From Actinomycetes bacterium (GTDB lineage Bacteria > Actinomycetota > Actinomycetes > JAKEEW01): DNA of 44,165 nt. The notes under the pieces are model-generated. The model ran no database searches and had not been told where the DNA came from. It saw nothing but the letters and a program-made list of their open reading frames with translations. Where the stretch lies: NCBI GenBank assembly GCA_036560395.1, contig DATBRJ010000111.1, forward strand, positions 1 to 44,165, written 5' to 3'. Positions 26,355 to 36,373 of the stretch are shown in pieces. A program made the translations under genes and the position numbers. Within the stretch, counting starts at the first letter, position 1. The number at the start of each line of letters is the position of its first letter.

Positions 26355-28499
26355 ATGGAGCGCGCCTATCCCGAGGCCGAACGGCTCGACCTCGTCGAGG
26401 AGATTTCCGGGCACCGCATCGCCGATCCCTATCGATGGCTCGAGGACGCCGACGCGGAGCAGACCGAGCGCTGGGCGAGCGCCCAGGACGCGCTCTTCGC
26501 CGCCCACCAAGCCCGTTGGCCGGACCGGGACGGGCTGCGCGCCCGCCTGCTCGACCTGCTCGCCGCCGGCGTTGTCTCGCCGCCGGTGTGGCGCGGCGAG
26601 CGGAACTTCTTCTTGCGTCGCACCGCCGACCAGGAACACGCCGTCTTGCTGACCACCGACCCGGCGGACGGGGCGACCGCGCCGCCGACCGGTCCTGATC
26701 CGGCACGCGAGCGGGTCCTCATCGACCCCATGGCGCTCGATGCGACAGGAACGACCACGCTCGACGCCTGGCAGCCGTCGAAGGAGGGCCACCTGCTGGC
26801 GTACCAGCTCTCGGCCGGCGGCACCGAGGAGTCGGTGATCAGGGTGACGGATGTCGCGACTGGCGACTCCGTCGACGGGCCTATCGATCGCGCACGCTAC
26901 TCGCCGGTGGCCTGGCTGCCCGGTGGGAAGGCGTACTACTACGTGCGGCGGCTGCCACCCGAGCAGGTCCCGCCTGGCGAGGAGCAGTACCACAGGCGTG
27001 TCCTGCTGCACCGGCTAGGCGCCGATCCCGCCGACGACGTCACGGTATTCGGCGAAGGAATGGACAAGACCAACTACTACTCCGTGCAGGTCAGCCGGGA
27101 CGGTCACTGGCTGGTGGTGGCGGCGTCGGCCGGCACCGCACCCCGTACCGACGTGTGGATCGCTGACCTGTCCGCCAGCTCCCCGGAGACGCCGGAGTTC
27201 ACCGTCGTCCAGCAGGGCGTCGACGCACAGACGTCCGTCGAGGTCGGCCGTGACGGCCGGCTCTACATCTCCACCGACCGCGACGCGCCGCGCGGGAAGC
27301 TCTGCGTCACGACGCCTGACCGGCTCGATTATGACGATTGGCAGGAACTGATCCCCGAGGATCCAGAAGCAGTGCTTGACGGCTACGCGATTCTCGATGG
27401 ACCGGAGCTTGCCGAGGAGTCTGTCCTCCTGTGCTCCTGGACCCGCCACGCCGTGGGCGAGATCACCGTCCACACGCTGCGGACCGGTGAGCCTACGGGC
27501 ACAGTCCCGCTGCCAGGGGTGGGCTCGGTGGGCGGCATCGTGGAGCGAATCGAGGGCGGCCACGAGGCATGGTTCGGCTACACGGATCATGTGACTCCGT
27601 CGTCGGTCTACCGGTACGACGCGCTAACCGGTGAGACCACTCTGTGGACGTCTGCACCGGGGACCGTGCAGGCCCCGGACGTCACGACAACCCAGGTGGC
27701 CTACACCTCATCGGACGGCACCGAGGTCAGGATGTTCGTGATGTCGCAGGAGGCGAGCCCGTCCACGCCACGACCAACCGTCCTCTACGGATACGGCGGC
27801 TTCGGCTTGCCGCTCACCCCGGCATACTCCGCCACGATCCTGGCCTGGGTCGAGGCCGGGGGCGTGTACGCGATCGCCGGCCTGCGCGGTGGCGGCGAGG
27901 AGGGCGAGGACTGGCACCGCGCCGGCATGGGCGCCATCAAACAGAACGTCTTCGACGATTTCCACGCAGCGGCCGAGTGGCTGATTGCGAACAGCTGGAC
28001 CACGCCGGAGCAGCTTGGCATCGCCGGTGGATCGAACGGCGGTCTCCTCGTCGGGGCGGCGCTGACCCAACGACCGGAGCTTTTCTCGGCTGTTGCTTGC
28101 GCTGCGCCACTGCTGGACATGGTGCGCTACGAGCACTTCGGGCTGGGCGCGACCTGGTCTGAGGAGTATGGCTCTGCCTCCGACCCTGACCAGCTCGGCT
28201 GGCTGCTCGCGTATTCGCCCTATCACCACGTGCAAGACGGAGTCGACTACCCTGCCACGTTGTTCACGGTCTTCGACGGTGACACCCGGGTCGATCCCTT
28301 CCACGCCAGGAAGATGTGCGCGGCGCTGCAGCATGCCGTGTCCCAGCCGCCCGCGGATCGCGGCCCCGACGTCCGGCCGATTCTACTGCGTAGAGAGAAG
28401 GACGTCGGGCACGGCGCGCGGGCGGTCAGCCGCTCCGTCGACGTGTCAGTCGACACGCTCGGATTCCTCGGTGCGGAGACGGGCCTACGCTTCGGTTGA
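26355..28499 (+). CDS. prolyl oligopeptidase (S9A family)
   Basis: N-terminal HRIADPYRWLED motif and catalytic GGSNGGLL. ATG 26355 chosen. Tracked start 26211 adds 48 noise-like codons that run through repeat copy A. Confidence 0.9.
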   Translation: MERAYPEAERLDLVEEISGHRIADPYRWLEDADAEQTERWASAQDALFAAHQARWPDRDGLRARLLDLLAAGVVSPPVWRGERNFFLRRTADQEHAVLLTTDPADGATAPPTGPDPARERVLIDPMALDATGTTTLDAWQPSKEGHLLAYQLSAGGTEESVIRVTDVATGDSVDGPIDRARYSPVAWLPGGKAYYYVRRLPPEQVPPGEEQYHRRVLLHRLGADPADDVTVFGEGMDKTNYYSVQVSRDGHWLVVAASAGTAPRTDVWIADLSASSPETPEFTVVQQGVDAQTSVEVGRDGRLYISTDRDAPRGKLCVTTPDRLDYDDWQELIPEDPEAVLDGYAILDGPELAEESVLLCSWTRHAVGEITVHTLRTGEPTGTVPLPGVGSVGGIVERIEGGHEAWFGYTDHVTPSSVYRYDALTGETTLWTSAPGTVQAPDVTTTQVAYTSSDGTEVRMFVMSQEASPSTPRPTVLYGYGGFGLPLTPAYSATILAWVEAGGVYAIAGLRGGGEEGEDWHRAGMGAIKQNVFDDFHAAAEWLIANSWTTPEQLGIAGGSNGGLLVGAALTQRPELFSAVACAAPLLDMVRYEHFGLGATWSEEYGSASDPDQLGWLLAYSPYHHVQDGVDYPATLFTVFDGDTRVDPFHARKMCAALQHAVSQPPADRGPDVRPILLRREKDVGHGARAVSRSVDVSVDTLGFLGAETGLRFG

Positions 28500-28553
28500 C
28501 GCCCGTCAGGGACAGCCTCCCGAGATCGCGACACGAAGAAGGGCAGCGGCGAC

Positions 28554-29561
28554 GTGACGGCAGCAGCCGGCGTACGAACGGACAGCCTCGTCGACCAGAT
28601 CGGCGACTGGTTCGCTGACCGTGGGGACGAGATCGCGGCGTCGGCGGGGAAGATCGCCTTCATCGTCGTGCTGGCCCTAGTGATCAACTATCTCCTGCGC
28701 AGGACGATCAGGCGCACGGTCGCCAAGATCGCCGCGACTGGAGGGCACGAGCGGCTGAGTCTCGACCAGCCTCGTGCGGCCACGGTCGACCCCGCGCGCG
28801 CCCTCGCCGGCGAGCGCCGGATGCAGCGGACCCAGGCACTCGGCTCCGTCCTGAGCAGCGGCGTGTCCGTCATCGTCTTCACGACCGCGATCGTGATGAT
28901 TCTCGGCGAGATGGGCGTATCGCTCGGACCGATCCTCGCCTCGGCCGGAATCGCCGGCGTGGCCCTGGGCTTCGGTGCGCAGAACCTGATCAAAGACTTC
29001 CTGGCGGGCATCTTCGTCGTGGTCGAGGACCAGTACGGCGTGGGCGATGTCATCGATGCGGGACTCGCCAGCGGCACGGTCGAAGAGGTCGGCCTGCGCA
29101 TCACCCGGCTGCGGGACCTGAACGGCGTCATCTGGTACGTCCGCAACGGCGAGGTTGTCCGCGTGGGCAATAAGACACAGGGATGGGCGATGGCGACGAT
29201 CGACGTGATGGTCGCCTATGACGAGGATCTCGGCAAAGTGAACTCGATCATCGAGCGGGTCACCGATGAGCTCGCCGAGGACGAGGAGTGGAAGAGCAAG
29301 ATCGTCGATAAGGCACAGATCCTGGGCGTCGAATCCGTGGAGGGCGACGCCGTCACCATCCGTGTGATGATCAAGACCGCACCGCTGGTGTCACCGGACG
29401 TCGCTCGAGAGCTCAGGGCGCGGCTCAAGGAGGCCTTCGACGATGCGGGCATCCGGGTACCGCTCCGCCCGTTCGGCGTTGCGCCGCCGGAGACGTACAT
29501 GCCGGGAACCCCGATGCCCGGCGCATCGCCGGGCGGCAGCCCTCCCGACTCCGCTGGCTAG
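28554..29561 (+). CDS. mechanosensitive ion channel (MscS family)
   Basis: TM3/beta-domain region LIKDFLAGIFVVVEDQYGVGDVIDAGLASGTVEEVGLRITRLRD. Confidence 0.85.
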   Translation: MTAAAGVRTDSLVDQIGDWFADRGDEIAASAGKIAFIVVLALVINYLLRRTIRRTVAKIAATGGHERLSLDQPRAATVDPARALAGERRMQRTQALGSVLSSGVSVIVFTTAIVMILGEMGVSLGPILASAGIAGVALGFGAQNLIKDFLAGIFVVVEDQYGVGDVIDAGLASGTVEEVGLRITRLRDLNGVIWYVRNGEVVRVGNKTQGWAMATIDVMVAYDEDLGKVNSIIERVTDELAEDEEWKSKIVDKAQILGVESVEGDAVTIRVMIKTAPLVSPDVARELRARLKEAFDDAGIRVPLRPFGVAPPETYMPGTPMPGASPGGSPPDSAG

Positions 29562-29611
29562 CACTCGCGGAGTCCAGCGGCCGGGGTGGTGCGTGCAAGA
29601 CTTGAACGGCC

Positions 29612-30031
29612 ATGAGTGAAGCAGCAGAGATCACCTTTTACGACGCGGTCGGCGGTGAAGAGACATTTCGCTCGCTGGTCCATCGCTTCTACGAGCGCGT
29701 CGCCACCGACCCGGTCCTTCGGCCGATCTATCCCGAGAAAGATCTGTCCAGCGCCGAGGAGCGGCTTCGGATGTTCCTCATTCAGTACTGGGGTGGCCCG
29801 CGGACCTATTCGGAGCGCCGCGGCCACCCGCGACTGCGGATGCGCCACGCGCCGTTCGCCGTCACACCGGAGGCCCGCGACCGGTGGCTGCACCACATGT
29901 TGAGCTCACTTGACGAGCTCGCCTTGGACGAGGAGTACGACAAGCAGCTGCGTGACTATCTGGTCTCGGCCGCCTTCAGCCTCGTCAACACGTTCGAGGA
30001 GCCGCCGGGACCTACGCTCCCAACCACATGA
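29612..30031 (+). CDS. glbO: group II truncated haemoglobin
   Basis: [34 protein letters not shown]...[24 protein letters not shown]. Confidence 0.9.
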   Translation: MSEAAEITFYDAVGGEETFRSLVHRFYERVATDPVLRPIYPEKDLSSAEERLRMFLIQYWGGPRTYSERRGHPRLRMRHAPFAVTPEARDRWLHHMLSSLDELALDEEYDKQLRDYLVSAAFSLVNTFEEPPGPTLPTT

Positions 30032-30278
30032 GGGGGCTCTCGCCAAAGACAAGGCAAAGGAAGGACTGGCTGTTCCAAGGCCTGGTAAAGGCCCGCTGCG
30101 GCGAAATCTGGCATGTGTCTCGGTTAGGACACCAACGGATAACGTCGGCTTGTCATAGGCGCTCAACGACCGCGAGCCTGACCGCGACCATCGAGGCCAG
30201 GCCGGTCGCGGCGGCCGACAGCCGTGGCATTGATGGCGAATCGGCGCCGCGGAACCGCGGCCATGACAGGAGGCATGC

Positions 30279-33200
30279 GTGGCGCGGGCATCGGGGCTGG
30301 TTTTGCGCCGCGCGCTCAGCCAGCGGCTGATCGTCGCCGCCGCATTCGGGACGATCCTGCTGGCGACGACTGTCCTCTCCGCCCTGCTGCTCTATGCGAC
30401 CACGGTCACCGACAACGGCGTCCAGCGCAGCTTGGCAACCGCGCCCATCGACCAGGTCGGCAGCCGCATCACGGCCCCGGTGACCCCGCAGACGCACAGC
30501 GCGATCGACAGTCAGGTGCGATCGGCTGCGAGCGAGGCCTATGCCCACGCCGGAATTCAGGTCGTCGAGACCGCGCGCTCTGAGTCGTACGCTCTGCCTG
30601 GGCAGGAGGACCGCGGTGACAACGCCGAGCTCACGACCTTCGCCATGTACGAGGGCATCGATCACCACAGCGTGCTGGCATCAGGGCGATGGCCGGCACC
30701 GGTATCAGCCGATGCGTCCGCGGTCGAGGCGGCTTTCCCTGTCTCGACCGCGGACGCGGCCGGCCTTTCGGCTGGGGAGACGGTCACCCTGGTCAACCGA
30801 CTCGACCACAAGCCGCTGCGCGTGACCGTGACCGGTCTGTACCGGCCGAACGACCAGCAGGACCCGTTCTGGCGGGCGGATCCGCTCGCGGAGAGCGGTG
30901 TCCAGCGGCTGGCGTTCACGACCTACGGTCCGCTTATCGTGCCGCAACAGACCTTCCTCTCGCGGTTCGCCGCGGATGTGATCACGACATGGCAGGTCCT
31001 ACCTGACCTGTCCGGCGTCTCCACCTCTCAGGTGCGCGAACTGGCCGATGCTGGCAACGTGCTCGAGGAGCGGCTGCAGGCCAATCAGCTGGGCTCGCGG
31101 GCGAGCGTCTCCACGAAGCTGCCCGAGCTTGCCAGGCAGCTCGATCGTGCGGCCGTCGTCGCGCGGTCCACCATGCTGATCCCGGTGCTACAGCTGGTCG
31201 TCCTCGCGGGATACGCGCTCTTCCTGACCGCCCGCCTGATCAGCGAGCACCGCCGGGCAGAGCTCGCGCTGCTGCAGGCGCGCGGCGCCGACGGCGGACA
31301 GCTCACGGCTCTGTCGCTGCGCGAAGGATTCCTGCTCGCCGCACCCGCCGCCCTCATCGCTCCCCTGCTCGCGATTCCGTTGCTCAAGCTGGTCAACGCG
31401 AGCCCGACCGTACGCGCTGCTGGCCTCACGATCCAGACCCGCCTGACGGTCTCCAGTTGGGGCGTCGCCGTGGTCGCGGCTGCGCTTTCGGCGCTCGCGG
31501 TCACCGTGCCAACACTTCGCGGTCTCGGTAAGACGTATGTGGAGAGCCAGCAGGCACGAGGGCGCGGCGAGAAGCGGTCCATCGCCCAGCAAGCGGGTGC
31601 CGACCTCGCGATTCTCGCCATCGCCGTGCTCGGCTTCTGGCAGCTTCGCCGGTATGGAGGGCCGGTGACGACCACCGTCAGCCGGACCGAGGTCGGCGGC
31701 CTCGGCATCGATCCGTTCATCGTTGCGGGGCCGGCGATCGGACTGGTGGCCGGCGGCGTCCTCGCGCTCCGGCTGGTCCCGCTGATGTCCGGTGCGGCCG
31801 AGCGCGTAACGTCTCGCGGACCCGGGCTTGCCCCTGCCCTCGGTGCCTGGCAGGTGAGCCGGCGTCCACTGCGGTACGCAGGACCCGCTTTGCTGCTCGT
31901 CATGGCGGTGGCGGTCGGTGTGCTTTCGCTGAGCACCTCGGCGACATGGCGGAAGTCGCAGAACGACCAGGCCGACCTGGCTGCCGGAAGCGACCTGCGC
32001 GTGACCGGAAAGACGGGGATCACGACGCTATCTGCACTTGGTCAAGCGGGGACCTATGCCGGGCTCCCTGGCGTGGCGACCATCAGCCCGGCCTACCGGC
32101 TCTCGGGTACTGTCGGCTCGCGTACCGCGGAGATCCTCGGCCTCGATGCGACAAAGCTCGCCGACCTGGTCACATTGAGACCCGACCTGGAACCCCCTGG
32201 CGGCCTTGCCGACGCTGCCGCTGCGATGGCGGCCGAGCGCCTCCCTTTGCGGCCGGTCACGTTGCCCGGTCACCCGACCAGACTCGGGATCGCCGCTTTG
32301 GCCATGCCGGAAGGCGGGAGCTACGACGGCCGGCATGCGGTCGACGTCGGAGTGCTCCTCCGGGACGCCCTAGGCGCAAGGTATGTCCTTCGCGCCGGTA
32401 CGGTGCCCGGCGACGGCAAGCCGCACGAGCTTGACATCGATCTCGCCGCCGTTGCCGGCAGCGACGGGCGGCTCGCCTACCCGTTGGCGTTCGAAGGCTT
32501 CGGGCTGGGATATTCCGCGGCCGCGGACGGACACATCGAGCCTCTCCGCGTCACCGTCGACCGGTTTGAAGCCGCTGAGCAGGGCTCCTCGCCGGCACCC
32601 ATCCCGTCCACGGACGATCGCTGGCTCCCGGCACCGGGCGTCAGGCCACAGCCTGGCAACGGCCATAGCTTGGTCGCCGCGCGACTGAGCATGCCCGACC
32701 CGCGTGCGGTGGGTGTACCAACGCTGACCGGCGGGCTGTCCACCGCCAGCATGCAGACATATCTACTGCTCGGTGACGCCAGCCGTGTCAAGATCCTGGC
32801 GGGCGGTGAGCAGTCGGGGCTTTCGCGGTCACCCGCTGGCTATAGCGGATTGCGGGGTCTGGTCACCCCCGACCTTCTCAAGGGGACCAACACGACGGTC
32901 GGGAGCGACCTCACCTTGTCTGTGCAGGGTCGGACCCTGCCCGTCCACGTGGCAGGAGTCATCGGCGCATTGCCTGGGACGGCCGCCGGCCAGGACGGAG
33001 TGCTTCTTGACGCCAACACACTCACCGCTGACCGGCTCGTGACCGCCGGGCAGGTGGATCAGGTCAGCGAATGGTGGATCGCGACGGCCGACCATGACAC
33101 GGCCGCGGCCAGCGCTGCTCTGCGGACCAATCGGAACCTCGCCGATGCGGTGGTCGATAGGCAGGACCTGCGCCGGGCGATGCGCGACGACCCGCTGGGC

Positions 33201-33632
33201 AGCGGTCTTCAGGGAGCGCTCTTCCTCGGGTTCCTGGCCGCGCTCGCCTTTGCCGCGATCGGTTTTGCCGTCAACGCGGCGGTCTCGGCGCGCGAGCGGC
33301 TCACCGAGTTCGGGCTGATGCGCGCACTCGGCATCAGCTCCCGCCAGATCTTTGGACTGCTCGGCGTCGAGCAGGCCTTTCTCGTCGCCCTCGGCGTCCT
33401 CGGCGGTGTCGCCCTGGGTGCCATCGTCGCCAGGCTGGTTGTCCCGCACATCGTCCTCACCGCCCAGGCGACGACCGTGTCACCACCCGTGATCATGTCG
33501 ACGCCGTGGCTACTGATCCTCATCCTCGCGGGTGCGGTCGTCGGCCTTCTCGGATTTATCGTCGCAGTTCTCGGCGCCTCCCTGCGCCGCGCGGGACTGG
33601 GCGCCACGCTACGAATCGGGGAGGATCGGTGA
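30279..33632 (+). CDS. large FtsX/MacB-type ABC transporter permease (1117 aa, two FtsX modules with large extracytoplasmic domains)
   Basis: GTG at 30279 lies 5 nt after AGGAGG. There is an N-terminal TM segment and hydrophobic clusters near residues 300-430 and 470-560. The C-terminal FtsX-like 3-TM module contains ERLTEFGLMRALGISSRQIFGLL. Confidence 0.85.
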   Translation: MARASGLVLRRALSQRLIVAAAFGTILLATTVLSALLLYATTVTDNGVQRSLATAPIDQVGSRITAPVTPQTHSAIDSQVRSAASEAYAHAGIQVVETARSESYALPGQEDRGDNAELTTFAMYEGIDHHSVLASGRWPAPVSADASAVEAAFPVSTADAAGLSAGETVTLVNRLDHKPLRVTVTGLYRPNDQQDPFWRADPLAESGVQRLAFTTYGPLIVPQQTFLSRFAADVITTWQVLPDLSGVSTSQVRELADAGNVLEERLQANQLGSRASVSTKLPELARQLDRAAVVARSTMLIPVLQLVVLAGYALFLTARLISEHRRAELALLQARGADGGQLTALSLREGFLLAAPAALIAPLLAIPLLKLVNASPTVRAAGLTIQTRLTVSSWGVAVVAAALSALAVTVPTLRGLGKTYVESQQARGRGEKRSIAQQAGADLAILAIAVLGFWQLRRYGGPVTTTVSRTEVGGLGIDPFIVAGPAIGLVAGGVLALRLVPLMSGAAERVTSRGPGLAPALGAWQVSRRPLRYAGPALLLVMAVAVGVLSLSTSATWRKSQNDQADLAAGSDLRVTGKTGITTLSALGQAGTYAGLPGVATISPAYRLSGTVGSRTAEILGLDATKLADLVTLRPDLEPPGGLADAAAAMAAERLPLRPVTLPGHPTRLGIAALAMPEGGSYDGRHAVDVGVLLRDALGARYVLRAGTVPGDGKPHELDIDLAAVAGSDGRLAYPLAFEGFGLGYSAAADGHIEPLRVTVDRFEAAEQGSSPAPIPSTDDRWLPAPGVRPQPGNGHSLVAARLSMPDPRAVGVPTLTGGLSTASMQTYLLLGDASRVKILAGGEQSGLSRSPAGYSGLRGLVTPDLLKGTNTTVGSDLTLSVQGRTLPVHVAGVIGALPGTAAGQDGVLLDANTLTADRLVTAGQVDQVSEWWIATADHDTAAASAALRTNRNLADAVVDRQDLRRAMRDDPLGSGLQGALFLGFLAALAFAAIGFAVNAAVSARERLTEFGLMRALGISSRQIFGLLGVEQAFLVALGVLGGVALGAIVARLVVPHIVLTAQATTVSPPVIMSTPWLLILILAGAVVGLLGFIVAVLGASLRRAGLGATLRIGEDR

Positions 33633-36370
33633 CCGTCTTGCCGCTCATCCTCCGCAACGCCCGGGCTTTCCGCGGGGTCCTCGCGGTCCTTGCTCTGCTG
33701 GTCTTCGTCACCGCATTCGTCGCGGCCGCTGCGCCCGCCGCCCTCACCCAGGTCTACGACTCCGCCGTCCACGATCTGCTCGAGCGGGCTCCTGCGGAGG
33801 TCAAGGACATCCAGGTCGCCGGGCGACCGTCGGCGACGGTGGCGCAGGACGGCTCGGTGGAACGGACCGGCCCGACGGAGCTGGGAGCCGTGGCCGAGGC
33901 GCAGAAGGACCTGCGCGCACTCCTTCCCGACGACGTGTCGGCAGAGATCGGGACGTCGAGCTCCATCGTCCGCATTATCGAGCGAGGCACGGCGACCGGT
34001 GCCGTGACCTACGACGTCTCGCGGTCGCCGTCCACCGTCGAAAACCTTCGACTCGGGTCCGAGCTACGCAGCGATTTCGCCGCCAACGTGCGCTACACCG
34101 AGGGAGGCTCGCCGGGTCCGGCGGGCTCGTACGTGCTGCGGAGCAAGAACAAGGAACCGCGGACCCTGCCGCGCTTCGATGTCGCCCTCTCGGCGGCGAC
34201 CGCACAGTCGATCAGGCTCAGACTCGGTGACATCGCGATCATCAGCGACGTCGATGGGCCGGTCGCAGCCGTCCGCATCGGTGGGATCTTCGAGCCGGTC
34301 GATCCTGGCTCGTCGTACTGGGCCCTGGATCGGCGGCCGCTGGCAGTCAGCCGGCAGACCCGAGACCCAGAGGTGCCACCGGACGTGTTCGCGACCGGGG
34401 TCATCGCGCCGGAGGCGTACGGCGAGTGGCGCGCCACATTCGGCGATCACATCGAATACCTCTGGCGGTTCGAACCCAACCCGAACACGCTCGTTGCGAG
34501 CGACGCCGACGCCGTGGCTCGGGCCCTCGACGAATACTCCTCGCGGATCGCCACGACCAAGGAATCGGGCATGCAGGTCCAGCTCAGGACCGGCCTCGGC
34601 AGCTTGCTGAGCGATTTCAGCCGACAGCTGCGCACCGCCAAGGCGGTAATGGGGGTCGCGCTCGCCGGGCTGCTAGCGGTGACGCTGCTCGTCCTCGCAC
34701 TGGCGGCACAGCTGGTCGCCGAACATCGCCGCCAATCCCTGGGCCTGGTACGCGCGAGGGGCAGCTCGCTCACGCAGTTGACTGGCCTGGTGCTGGCGGA
34801 GACGGCTCTTGTCGTCGTCCCGGCCGCAGTCCTCGGCTACCTCGCGGCCGTCCTGGCTGTCGCGAGACTGACGACCGCCTCGCTCTGGCTGACCACCTTC
34901 ATCGCTGCCGCCGCACTCGGCCTGTCGGCGGCGTTGGCCGCGTATCAGCACCGTCGGGTGGGGCGGCTGGACCGGCGTGACCTCATCAAGGTCCGGCCGA
35001 GCAGGCAACGAACCATCGTCGAGTCGCTGATCGTCGTACTCGCCGTGATCGGAGTTGTTCTGCTGCATCGCCGCGGACTGACGACAGAGGCCGCGGACCG
35101 CGGCGTCGACCCGTTCCTGCTTGCCGTTCCCGTGCTGGTTGGCCTAGCGGCAGGACTGCTGGTCCTCCGCGCATACCCGTACCTGCTGGGCCTGCTCAGC
35201 GGGATGGCCGGGCGCTGGCGTTCTGCCGTGCCTTTCCTCGGTGTGGTACGGGCAAGCCGAGAGACGTTGACCTCGACACTCCCCCTGGTGGCGGTGCTGC
35301 TAGGACTGGGTCTCGGTGTGTTCGGGTCTGTGGTGGATCAGGGCCTGGCTCGGGCCCAAGGACACCGTGCCTGGCGCGATGTGGGGGCCGACGCTCAGGT
35401 ACGGCACGCAGGCATCGAACCCGCCCAGATCGACACGATCCGGCATCTTCACAGGGTTAGCGGTGTGGTCCCCGCCGTCATCGAGGACGATGCCGTCCTA
35501 ACCGGAGATCAGAGCGAGCCGGTCGTCGCCGTGGCGATCGATCTCGATGCATATCGGGCGCTGGTCGCCGGTTCTCCGGTTGCGCCACCTGGCGGTGATC
35601 AGAACGACGCGACCGGCGACGATATCCCTCATGTCCTGGTCTCGCCGCGACTGGAGGCCATGTCGGCCAACCGCTCCACCCAGCTCGACTGGAACACCCT
35701 CGGCATCAGCGAGGACGTCACGGTCGACGGGACGGTCGACGCCTTCCCGACCTTGGAGGACGCGCCGGCGCTAGTTGTGGTGCCCTATCAGTCTTTCGTG
35801 ACGCGCTTTCAGGCACCGCTGACCAACACGCTGTTCCTCGCCGGCGGCGGCGTCGATCCCGCAGGGATCAAGGCAATCCTTGGCTCGGATGCCTTCGTGA
35901 CGACCCGGGAGGCGCGTTTTACCGAGATCAGGGACGCTCCCTTGGCCAAGGGGGTTCGGACGGTCTTTGCCGTCGGCGTCGCCGTGCTCGGGGCCTACTG
36001 TGGGCTCGCGATCTTGCTTGCGCTCGTGGTCGGTGCCGACACCCGAGCGAGGGCAGTCACCTACCTGCGCACCCTCGGGCTGAGCCGCCGGCAGGCGCGG
36101 GGTCTGGTCCTCCTCGAGGTCGGGCCGCTGGTGGCCGCCGCGATGCTCGGCGGGCTCCTGCTTGGGATGGTCCTCCCGCACGTGGTCGGGCCCGCGGTGG
36201 ACTTTCGCCCGTACACCGGGGGAGCGAAGGTCTCCAGCTACCCGCTTGACCCGGTGGCGCTCGGCGTCATCTTCGGCGGGCTGGCCGTGCTGGTGGTAGC
36301 AGCAATACTCGTAGACGCAGCGCTGAGCCGCCGACGCGGGCTCGGTTCTGCGCTGAGAGTTGGTGATTGA
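33629..36370 (+). CDS. second large FtsX/MacB-type ABC transporter permease (913 aa)
   Basis: GTG at 33629 overlaps the upstream stop (GTGA). Same architecture as the first permease. C-terminal module contains RAVTYLRTLGLSRRQARGLV. Confidence 0.85.
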   Translation: MTVLPLILRNARAFRGVLAVLALLVFVTAFVAAAAPAALTQVYDSAVHDLLERAPAEVKDIQVAGRPSATVAQDGSVERTGPTELGAVAEAQKDLRALLPDDVSAEIGTSSSIVRIIERGTATGAVTYDVSRSPSTVENLRLGSELRSDFAANVRYTEGGSPGPAGSYVLRSKNKEPRTLPRFDVALSAATAQSIRLRLGDIAIISDVDGPVAAVRIGGIFEPVDPGSSYWALDRRPLAVSRQTRDPEVPPDVFATGVIAPEAYGEWRATFGDHIEYLWRFEPNPNTLVASDADAVARALDEYSSRIATTKESGMQVQLRTGLGSLLSDFSRQLRTAKAVMGVALAGLLAVTLLVLALAAQLVAEHRRQSLGLVRARGSSLTQLTGLVLAETALVVVPAAVLGYLAAVLAVARLTTASLWLTTFIAAAALGLSAALAAYQHRRVGRLDRRDLIKVRPSRQRTIVESLIVVLAVIGVVLLHRRGLTTEAADRGVDPFLLAVPVLVGLAAGLLVLRAYPYLLGLLSGMAGRWRSAVPFLGVVRASRETLTSTLPLVAVLLGLGLGVFGSVVDQGLARAQGHRAWRDVGADAQVRHAGIEPAQIDTIRHLHRVSGVVPAVIEDDAVLTGDQSEPVVAVAIDLDAYRALVAGSPVAPPGGDQNDATGDDIPHVLVSPRLEAMSANRSTQLDWNTLGISEDVTVDGTVDAFPTLEDAPALVVVPYQSFVTRFQAPLTNTLFLAGGGVDPAGIKAILGSDAFVTTREARFTEIRDAPLAKGVRTVFAVGVAVLGAYCGLAILLALVVGADTRARAVTYLRTLGLSRRQARGLVLLEVGPLVAAAMLGGLLLGMVLPHVVGPAVDFRPYTGGAKVSSYPLDPVALGVIFGGLAVLVVAAILVDAALSRRRGLGSALRVGD

Positions 36371-36373
36371 CGG

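Noticed and set aside
26046-27011. ORF 26046..27011 (-, 321 aa)
   Set aside because: It is antisense to the prolyl oligopeptidase gene and its composition is noise-like.
33506-33628. Tracked start 33506 for the second FtsX permease
   Set aside because: It overlaps the last TM helices of the first permease in another frame. The GTG at 33629 gives a classic GTGA coupling and a proper N-terminal TM segment.
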